Origin: Eledone cirrhosa
Taxonomy: Eukaryota
Reading direction: 5' to 3'
NCBI GenBank assembly: GCA_964016885.1
Contig: OZ024743.1
Location: forward strand, 80,786,001-80,850,000
DNA: 64,000 nucleotides
The notes below the pieces were generated by a model. That model did not search any database, had not been told where the DNA came from, and saw only the letters and a list, made by a program, of their open reading frames with translations. Positions 53,653 through 64,000 of the stretch are shown here, piece by piece. Position 1 is the first letter of the stretch, and every line of letters starts with the position of its first letter. A program made the position numbers and the translations under genes.

Positions 53653-53850
53653 ATCTTCTTCGCCCAATTATTCCTGAGAGGGTAGTGAGGGCAGATTTTC
53701 CAAGCCCTCCTTCCAGCGGTTCCTGTCAGAAGCAACCGCCTCCAATTGATCCGGTAGTTGGATCCCAAGCAGGACAACCCGTCTTGCTCGGGGTCTACTC
53801 CTGGGTTTCCTGCTGGCTGGCTGTGCCCGGTTAATGGCCCACTAGAACTG
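53653..53850 (-). mobile_element. 3' end of an RTE-like LINE (same family as 21375)
   Basis: Minus strand ends GGAATAATTGGGCGAAGAAGA; shares GTAGACCCCGAGCAAGA. Confidence 0.7.
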
Positions 53851-53879
53851 GTACGTACCGGTGGAATCCAACAGCCTAA

Positions 53880-54653
53880 TTTAAACAGAGTATGCAGACG
53901 ATCTGGCTATCATAAGTTACTCTAGAACTGATCTGCAAGACTTTCTGAATGTACTGGCCAAACATTCACTGGAGGCTGGCTTACATATCAACATTTCCAA
54001 AACAAAGTGTATGACAACTAATAAAAACAAGGTTAATCTCCAACTCACAATCTACAACAACCAGTAAATTGCTCAAGTTACAGAGTTTGTATATCTCGGT
54101 TACAAACTATCATCAAACAACAATGGAATGGTTGCTGCCCAATATCGAATCGCTCTAGGTTGGGCAGCTTTCAACAAGAACAAGGATGTACTAACATCAA
54201 AACGAGTTTCCCATTATTTGAAGGCTAAGATCTTTGATACTTATATCCTACCAGTTGTATTATATGGTCTTGACTGTGTTAATTGGACGACAAGGTCACT
54301 TCAGAAGCTCTCTACATTCCAGAACCACATCATGAGACTTATGACTGGCAAGCAGATCAGCGACCGTATCTGTATCACTGAGCTGCTCAACATCACCAGG
54401 CTTAGACGAATCACATCAGTTGTCAGTGCTTAAACTGTATGGTCATATCAAAATATCAACTGAGAGTGTGAGTAAGTTATGGCTGGAACGGAGGTTGGCT
54501 GGTAGGAGAAGCAGAGGTCGGCAGCCGAAACGATGGCTTGATAATATCAACTTATGGACTGGACATGACCTTTGCTCTTTAAACTCTGCTGTTGGTGATC
54601 GAACTTTGTGGAGAAAAATATCTCATGTTGATGCGCAGTCTGCAACTGGCTGA
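53880..54653 (+). pseudogene. RTE-clade LINE RT 3' half
   Basis: YADDL; GLHINISKTKCM; FVYLG; ILPVVLYG; GRRSRGRQPKRWLDNI. Confidence 0.85.
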
Positions 54654-54659
54654 GTTTAG

Positions 54660-55070
54660 AGTCTAGAGAATGTAAATTCTGCCTAGTGCCCTGAATGACA
54701 AAGTGAAAGTATTCAATCAAGGGCAGGTAAAACGTGGGAGTAACTATGACTCTTCCATGTCAACCAGAATAGATTAATCCCAGACCTGGTGTTTAGAAGT
54801 AATGATACCATCATGGTACTTGACGTGACCATGGGCTATAAGCAATGAATATATGGCAATATCCGAAAGTATCGTTCATTCATCGGGTACTTGAAGTGAT
54901 AGGAGTACCCGACAGTTTTATACTGCTGACAGATTGGTGCATGTGGGAACAGTTTAATGCCACGGAGGAGTCGCTTCTGGTCTTCGGTATCAGAGACGAG
55001 GCAACCAGGAAATTTATCTGCTGACGGACCATGCTAAGAACGCTGAACATAATTGGAAATTAAGTGCGCC
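54660..55070 (+). pseudogene. REL endonuclease fragment of an R2/NeSL-like element
   Basis: LIPDLVFRSNDTIMVLDVT...KY and IGACG motifs, with stops. Confidence 0.6.
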
Positions 55071-55231
55071 CCCGCCTCCCGCATTGGCTCCTCACTACTC
55101 CATATCAGGCCTGCCTCCACGGTCGTACTCCCCTCCTCCGTCCTCACATACCACCCATCTAATCTGGTGGGGATAATAGAATTTAGAGCTTTGAATATCT
55201 GTATGCCTTATGTAGTTGTATTATCGACTTG

Positions 55232-55418
55232 TGTGTTGGCAGTATCGGTAGAGGGTCTGACGCCATGCTTTGCAGCAAAGAGTTACGGCCCTTTATGGTC
55301 TGAGTTCAAATCCGACCGAGGTTAACTTTGCCTTTCATCCTTACGGGGTCGATAAGATAAAGTACCAGTAATACACTGAGATAATTGCTGGCCTTGTGCC
55401 AAAAGTAGAAACAATTAT
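55232..55418 (+). mobile_element. Near full-length SINE
   Basis: A and B boxes and the GTAGAAACAATTAT end. Confidence 0.85.
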
Positions 55419-55438
55419 CGATTCATTTGTTCTACCTT

Positions 55439-55564
<126 letters not shown>

Positions 55565-56555
55565 GTACATATATGTGTGTATATATATATACGTATATAT
55601 ATATATACATATGTACATATATGTGTGTATATATATATATACGTATATATATATATACATATGTACATATATGTGTGCGTATATATATACGTATATATAT
55701 GCGCAGTGTTATCGAACATAGATGAAGTTTGCTGTCATGTGATATCGTTAGCCGACCAATGTTTTGCCCCGATTCTCTATTGTTAGTCAGAAGACTGAAT
55801 ATTGGAATAAATTGGAAGAGAGTAGTAAAAAGTATGATAGGAAGATTATTGAGAAAAACTACAGCAATGAGAATACGTAATAATATGTAATCTGGGCTCC
55901 CTCACTTAGAAAATACGATTGGAGTAATATTTTTATAGATATGGAGCTTTATAGAAGTAAACAAGGAAAGAAAGCAATATATTTTTACTATCTTATTGAT
56001 ATTTTTCTTGGTCTATTTTAAAGTCTTGTACTGAGTATAAGGCCCTGATGACTTAGTATTATTTTCTGATTTCAGCCTTCCTGTTGGTGTGTGTATGGTG
56101 CGTATATATGTGTATGTGTATTTATATATGGTTATATAGTATGTGTATATGATATGGTTATGTAATATGTGTATCTATATATGGTTATATAGTATGTGTA
56201 CGGTGTATATATGTGTATATCTATATATGGTTATGTAGTATGTGTACGGTGCGTTTATGTGTGTATCTATATATGGTTATGTAGTATGTGTATGAGTGCA
56301 TGTGTATGTATATCTACATGTATGCGTATGAGTGCATGTGTATGTATATCTACATGTATGTGTATGAGTGCATGTGTATGTATATCTACATGTATGTGTA
56401 TGAGTGCATGTGTACACATGTGAGCAGGTAAGTAGCAGTGTCTAGGTGAGTGTGTGGGACGGTAACATACATGTATCACGTGTAGGGGTATATGGACGTT
56501 TTACGTATACACACACAAACACACACACGAACACACAAATATACATACACACACG

Positions 56556-56591
<36 letters not shown>

Positions 56592-57273
56592 CACACACAA
56601 ACACACACACGAACACACAAACACACGAACACACAAACACACACACGAACGCACAAACTCACACACAAACACACAAACACACGAACACAAACACACACAA
56701 ACACACAGACACACATACACACACACACACGCATGCACATACCCACGCACGCGCATACCCACGCACGCGCATACACACACACGCATGCGCATACACACGC
56801 ACTTAGAGAGAGACGGGGATTATATATTTTAAAATCATTTTTTTTAATCGCTTTCATTTTTTCTATTTTAAGTTTATTTTAAAATATGTTTTACAGGTAT
56901 GTGAAGCAATGGTTCAGATACCTTTGTGGAACTGTTTATATACATAGAAGATGTGTGGTTGTGTGCACGAGTGTTCATATTTATACACATCCGGCGATGC
57001 ACACACACACACATACACACATATGTATATAAGTAAACTCCTCGGATACGTATTTTCTTATGGTTGTCTTGAAGATATGCATGACTTCTGATGAAAACTA
57101 AACTAGATTCAAGAATAGATTACAGTTATTTAACTTCCTTTTTTTTCAGTTTACTTCAAGATACACTGAACTATAATACACAATAAGAATGTACAAATTT
57201 GCGCAGAGTGGGTTACATATATACTGTATACATAGGGACATAGCTTATCGTATACATCAGCTGCCTATCACAC

Positions 57274-57369
<96 letters not shown>

Positions 57370-57672
57370 AGAAAAATCTACCAAAAATTTACGGTAGTGT
57401 CCAATCCGTATGAAGAACTCAATGTAATCCGGATATCATGAAAAGAGAAGATGCATTCAAAAACTACTTTCGGTGAAAAATAAACGGAAAACAGAGTCAA
57501 GATATGTGTAGGTATGTATATTCCCTCTGATAGTTTGTATAAATATTGTACATAGATCTATAGAATATGCATACCAACTCTAACACATATATATCCTAGA
57601 AACGATCGTAAAATAATGAATTTTTTTTAATATAAGGAACTGTTTCTTTGTTTATTCATTATTTTTTTAATA

Positions 57673-57735
<63 letters not shown>

Positions 57736-57742
<7 letters not shown>

Positions 57743-58606
57743 ACTAGAGATTGATTAACATATAAAAATACATGAATAATCACAGGAGATAATTTAAGCT
57801 TTGCGTGTAACCACACATAGCTAGTTTAGGCAATATTTACCTTTAAGTGTGATTAACTTTCCTTGTATATATCCCATTAAAGAAATATATTTCACCAATT
57901 AATCAGATGGTAAGTCACGGAAAGTGGATATTATTGGATTGTCAACAAGGAAAGGGATAATATCCAGCTATTCGCGCTTACAGAGCGAGATCAAATCTTC
58001 AACTATCCGTCCCCATGATTTCGATTTAGATTAAATTCATTTAATTCATTTATCTTAATTTTGGACTTAGATATATATATATACGGCTCCTTAATTGTAG
58101 AGCTATTTCTGTTGAGAAGAATTTTGACTGCTATTTCTAGTTGTCGAACACCTTTTCACGCCACTGAAACGAAACCGCTATCTCGTGTGGACGCAACACG
58201 TGGTAACGGATAGTTGAAGATTTGATCTCGCTCTGTAAGCACGAATAGTTGGATATTATCCCTTTCCTTGTTGACAATCCAATAATATCCACTTTCCGTG
58301 ACTTACCATCTGATTAATTGGTGAAATATATTTCTTTAATGGGATATATACAAGGAAAGTTAATCACACTTAAAGGTAAATATTGCCTAAACTAGCTATG
58401 CGCGGTTACACGCAAGCTTATATTATCTCCTGTGATTATTCATGTATTTTTATATGTTAATCAATCTCTAGTTATTATAATATGCTCAGATTTATTTATC
58501 TTTGAGCTTAAATTCTCAGGATATATGGCGCATACATTATGTCATGACACCCATGATTTCGATTTAGATTAAATTCATTTAATTCATTTATCTTAATTTT
58601 GGACTT

Positions 58607-58612
<6 letters not shown>
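57736..58612. mobile_element. Composite fold-back: ~275-bp inverted arms plus a 60-bp direct repeat
   Basis: 57736-58010 inverted at 58206-58480; 58012-58072 repeated at 58550-58612. Confidence 0.85.
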
Positions 58613-58651
<39 letters not shown>

Positions 58652-58684
58652 CAGAAATTAAAAGATGGTTAAAAAAGTTCCATG

Positions 58685-58755
58685 TATTTTATTATGCGCA
58701 TTTCAAAAACAAATATCATCCTGGGACGATATTTGTGTTCTCATTAGATAAAATA
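58685..58755 (-). ncRNA. Hammerhead ribozyme, family A (G5A mutant)
   Basis: Inverted copy with CTAATGA. Confidence 0.65.
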
Positions 58756-59059
58756 GGGAGACATGATATGAAGCTTAAAAAAACACACTTGTGAGCAAGG
58801 TAGTGTCTAATCAACATATGATAAATAAATTTAAAAGGATATAGGAGATTGGAAAAAAGGAAAGGAAGAGGAAAAATGTACGGAAGAGGAAGAAAGGAAA
58901 AAAAAGAAAAAAGAAGGAAAGGATAACGGAGGAAGAGTATAAGAAGGAGGAAGGAGAGAGAAAGAGAGAGGAGAGAAAGAGAGAGAGATAAACATTTAAA
59001 CCGAGAAACGCTGTCTCCACAGAAATAACTGAAAAAACGGTTGTAAATTTATAAATAAA

Positions 59060-60010
59060 CTAGCAGTAAAGCCCGGCGTTGCTCGGGGTCGCTCAGTAGC
59101 TGTGTTAAAGTTACAATGTTAAGTTTCTTTCTTGGCTTAAAAACTGTAGTGTCTACTGTGCAGACTTGCATGTGGTGTTTTTGATTAATATTCCCTCAAC
59201 CAACAATATGCCTTATGAAGTTAAGAAAACATAACGATAACCCGAATGTTATAACAAAAGAGGATGCTGGGGATAGAAACTGCACTGGTTATTTATTAAC
59301 AAAGATCGAAAATGTAAACACTGCAACGCAGAGAAAAACATTAGCGTAACCAAATTATCAGTTATGTCTGTCTGCACGCCTATATCACCTCTCTGCACGA
59401 CTGTCTGTCTGCACGCCTATATCACCTCTCTGCACGACTGTCTGTCTGCACGCCTATATCACCTCTCTGCACGACTGTCTGTCTGCACGCCTATATCACC
59501 TCTCTGCACGACTATCTGTCTGCACGCGTATATCACCTCTCTGCACGACTGTCTGTCTGCACGACTGTCTGTCTGCACGCCTAACGACGAAATATTTGCT
59601 TGTTTTACGTAGTCTTTAAATAGACTTGTTTTCAAGTAAAAATATTGTTTTAAAATGCTTTTAAATGGAAATGAAGCAAAACGGAAGCTTAGTGTTCGAA
59701 CTGATGAATTTTGCAGGTCAATATTTTGCTGGCTCGACAACTGTTAAAGCCAGCGTAATTTTTTACGTAAGACGCTCAATGTAAACAGAACAAAGGGAAA
59801 TAACTGATCACTTACGCTCAAAAATCGATACATTATATTCGATTTTGTCACACAGGGTGGGTCAATTTGAAATTTTTTTTTTCCGATGTCTTCGCTAGGG
59901 CTCAATGTACAAGTATAGCAATTTCGGTGCAATTCCGTGAGAGATTCTAAGAGGAGATGTGTGCCAAAAATCGATAGACAGACAGACAACCACAGTTTTA
60001 TATATATAGA
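59060..60010 (-). mobile_element. Non-autonomous Helitron
   Basis: 5'-TC...CTAG-3', subterminal hairpin 59072-59087, inserted in A|T without TSD (empty site near 62635). Confidence 0.88.
59365..59582. repeat. 37-bp minisatellite inside the Helitron
   Basis: Unit CTGTCTGTCTGCACGCCTATATCACCTCTCTGCACGA. Confidence 0.9.
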
Positions 60011-60539
60011 TTAAATAAATAAAAAAATTGAAAAATTAAAAGTTAATGAGGTTTATGAATGATGATGCTGATGATTACAGGTATAGAAATTAAGTATACT
60101 ATTTATTTAGGGTTTATATTATGAAGGATTTATTAAGATGTGCGAAAAATTTATTAAAATGTATTATTAAGATAAAATAAAGTAAAATAAGATAAGGCGA
60201 ATGAAAATAAAATTAAATGATTTATAAGCTTAGAAGATGATATAGGGTCCTAGTTTGTTTCAATAGATTGTAATAGAAAAAGTAATTATTTAAGTTAATA
60301 CAAGCATGGAAAGAGAGAAAAAAGAACAATACGAAGAAGAAAAATATTACGTCAAAAATTTGTTTACAAAAATCACCTAATGCTAATATTAATAGATTTG
60401 AAGTAAAAAATTGGGAAATATAGCGACTTAAAAAGTAATGTTGAGAAAAAATGATATAAAGATGAACTATTTAAAAGAAAATTTGTATCATCAAGAAGAT
60501 AAAGGAATTTGCTATAGTGAATTAAAAAGTTAAAAACTC

Positions 60540-61930
60540 TTTAAATCGGAAAATTCCTCAACTTCGCGGTGGAATTTATCATAACGATGCGCTTTTTACT
60601 GTCTTAAACTGTAACTTAGTAAACCTTAATATTATCAAGAATAATATACTTGATCTATTTAAGTACCATAACCTAAAAATTGAAATTGAGAACAACGTTA
60701 AATTAGCTAACTTCCTGGATATATCCCTTAATCTTGACACCGGCCTATATTACCCATACCATAAGGATAATGAGATTCTAAATTATGTTAATTTTAAATC
60801 AAACCACCCTATTAATGTTAAAACTGCTATAGTCAGAAATTTTGAAAAAAGAATTTCTAATCTATCTTCTAATAAACTTATCTTTGACGATAAAGCCAAT
60901 TATGACAATAATGCGCTATCCAGGGCTGGTTATCCAGACAGAATTAAATACAATAATGAAAGCAATCATGCCAGAACTTATAGTAATATAGCTAGTTATA
61001 AGCATTCCGATAGCATAAAGAGGAGACCTAGATATACAAATATTATTTGGTACAACGCTCCTTTTTCTCTATCTATTATTAGTAATATTCCTAAACTATT
61101 TTTTAGGGCGTTAGCTAATTGCTTCCCTCCTTCACATATTTATAGTAAGATCTTAAATAAACATACAATTAAATTCTCTTATTCCACCATTTCCAACATC
61201 TCTAACATTATCTCAAAACATAATACTAAAATATTAAATAATAAATCATATCGCTCCAACCCTGAGCGTCATAGTAATAACAATATAACGCCCGACGTCA
61301 ATGTAAACTCTAGACAAGATTCCTTAAATATAAAAACGACGTCAAACGTAATTTCGTTGAATGCTCCTAATACTAATTTAAATCAGGAAACATTAGCACC
61401 TCTCGTAGGTAATTTCTCCAATACAATTCCTTCTATAAATAATTCTGGGCCACTTGCAAATAACTTTGTTAATAACATTAATCGTAACTGCAATTGCCCT
61501 AATAGAACTAAATGTCCTCTTAATAATTACTGTCTCGATAAAAATTTAGTATACGAATGTAAGGTGATAACTAGTACCAATTCTTATACTTACTTTGGCT
61601 CTACTTCTACTTCCTTTAAGGCAGATTATATAACCATTCTTCGTATTTTAAATACCCACTTAAAAGAACAAACACTGCACTCTCAGAACTCATCTAGTCC
61701 TTAAAAGACAAAAACATTAATTACAGAATTTCTTGGAGAAAAATTTGCAACGCTTCTTCTTATTCAATGCTTCCCAATCCAAAACTTGTAATTTATGCCT
61801 AGCGGAAAAATTTACCATTATCTGTAATTTTAACTCTATAATAAATAGACGCACAGATTTACTTTCGCTTTGCATCCATAAATCGCTTAGGTCATTTTAC
61901 ATAGTATACAACAAATATCTTACTCCATAA
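60540..61930 (+). pseudogene. PLE RT C-terminus + zinc motif + GIY-YIG endonuclease (frameshifted)
   Basis: NFLDISLNL...YVNFKSNHP; CNCPNRTKCPLNNYCLDKNLVYECKV...YFGST; CNLCLAEK...INRRTDLLSLCIHK. Confidence 0.88.
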
Positions 61931-62941
61931 TTAAAATTAAAATCTTTTTCTCACACATATATATATCTTTTTTTTACACATATACCCCTTTTTCTACCAT
62001 ATTTCTGGGCATTCTACAAAGTTCATTCATACTATGACGTTTTTGGTCCCCTAATTTTTTAATTTTTTAATTTTTTAATTTTTTTAATTTTTTAATTTTT
62101 TAAACTTTTTAATTCACTATAGCAAATTCCTTTATCTGCTTGGGGATACAACTTTCTTTTAAATAGTTCATCTTTATATCATTTTTTCTCAACATTACTT
62201 TTTAAGTCGCTATATTTCCCAATTTTTTACTTCAAATCTATTAATATTAACATTAGATGATTTTTGTAAACAAATATTTGACGTAATATTTTTCTTCTTC
62301 GTATTTTTCTTTTTTCTCACTTTCCATGCTTGTATTAACTTAAATAATTACTTTTTCTATTACAATCTATTGAAACAAACTAGGACCCTATATCGTCTTC
62401 TAAGCTTATAAATCATTTAATTTTATTTTCATTCATCTTATCATATTTTACTTTATTTTATCTTAATAATACATTTTAATAAATTTTTCGCACATCTTAA
62501 TAAATCCTTCACTATATAAACCCTAAATTATAAACCCTAAATAAATAGTATACTTAATTTCTATATCTGTAATCATAAGCATCATCATTCATAAACCTCA
62601 TTAACTTTTAATTTTTCAATTTTTTAATTTATTTAATTTATTTATAAATTTACAACCGTTTTTTCAGTTATTTCTTTATGGAGACAGCGTTTCTCGGTTT
62701 AAATGTTTATCTCTCTCTCTTTCTCTCCTCTCTCTTTCTCTCTCCTTCCTCCTTCTTATACTCTTCCTCCGTTATCCTTTCCTTCTTTTTTCTTTTTTTC
62801 CTTTCTTCCTCTTCCGTACATTTTTCCTCTTCCTTTCCTTTTTTCCAATCTCCTATATCCTTTTAAATTTATTTATCATATGTTGATTAGACACTACCTT
62901 GCTCACAAGTGTGTTTTTTTAAGCTTCATATCATGTCTCCC

Positions 62942-63012
62942 TATTTTATCTGATGAGAATGCAAATATCGTCCCAGGATGATATTTGTTTTTGAAATGCG
63001 CATAATAAAATA
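62942..63012 (+). ncRNA. Hammerhead ribozyme, family A, sense to the PLE ORF
   Basis: TATTTTAT-CTGATGA...GAAA-TGCGCA-TA-ATAAAATA. Confidence 0.9.
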
Positions 63013-63132
63013 CATGGAACTTTTTTAACCATCTTTTAATTTCTGCTTATATATACTCCATTCCAATAAACTGTTGAGTGCTACTTATTCGATATTTGCA
63101 TTGCTTTATTGTGCTACAATAAAACTCACCTC

Positions 63133-63426
<294 letters not shown>

Positions 63427-63447
63427 ATATATATATATATATATATA

Positions 63448-63642
63448 GCGAGGGAAAAGTGGTAAGGAACCAGGTGGACCATAACGCACCAAAGTATTCA
63501 ATGCTTAGGGTAGTAGAGTGGGTAATAGGAGTAAGTAAGACCCCGACGGCTGAGCTCAAGCCGTTTCGACGGCTAATTCTGTTCTGAGAACAGAATTAGC
63601 CGTCGAAACGGCTTGAGCTCAGCCGTCGGGGTCTTACTTACT

Positions 63643-63646
<4 letters not shown>
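63448..63646 (-). mobile_element. Family I fold-back element with a perfect ~120-bp palindrome
   Basis: 63526-63646 is self-complementary; (TA)n flanks. Confidence 0.85.
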
Positions 63647-63713
<67 letters not shown>

Positions 63714-64000
63714 TTATGCGCTGAATATACCGTCTGGGCTTCCATTTATTAAAAAGGATTGATTGGCCCATTCTTCTTATGTCATTGCTCCAGTCACAAA
63801 AAACGCTATGTGGAGGTGCAGACCCATCTTGAATAATCTTATCACAGTAAGACTAAGCAATATCCCACACACCCAATGAATCATAAGATTGACTGTAAAA
63901 TAACTTTGGGACGTGTGATGCTCTTGAAGTTTGGATTTAAATGGGCCCCACAAAATCCTAATTTAAGCAGCCCTCCCCAGATTTTTTTCCTTTTGGCTAT

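Larger units (their letters stand above)
58650..63048 (+). mobile_element. Penelope-like element (Neptune-like), family A, with ~930-bp inverted pseudo-LTRs
   Basis: Left arm 58650-60530 (minus the Helitron) is inverted at 62115-63048; (TA)n on both sides. Confidence 0.9.

Noticed and set aside
57088-57130. CTGATGA motif
   Set aside because: No properly placed GAAA or pairing stems

Overview
AT-rich, microsatellite-saturated eukaryotic DNA. It is most likely an octopod cephalopod, inferred only from the tRNA-derived SINE family. No host protein-coding gene can be called with confidence. Almost all recognisable coding sequence is from retroelements: a nested cluster of (TAA)n-inserted Dong/R4 and Tx1/L1 LINEs (4.9-14.3 kb), RTE and other REL-LINE fragments, several Penelope-like element (PLE) remnants (RT + GIY-YIG), SINEs and one non-autonomous Helitron. 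The main hidden signal is RNA-level. About 30 type I hammerhead ribozyme (HHR) motifs from roughly 15 sequence families sit in PLE pseudo-LTRs and in tiny non-coding elements inserted in (TA)n tracts. They include a 466-nt retrozyme-like unit whose 5' end falls at its own cleavage site, three families with a U3-A8 core, a U4A core variant, and fold-back insertions whose inversion points coincide with ribozyme helices. All motifs and coordinates were read by eye and no searches were run.
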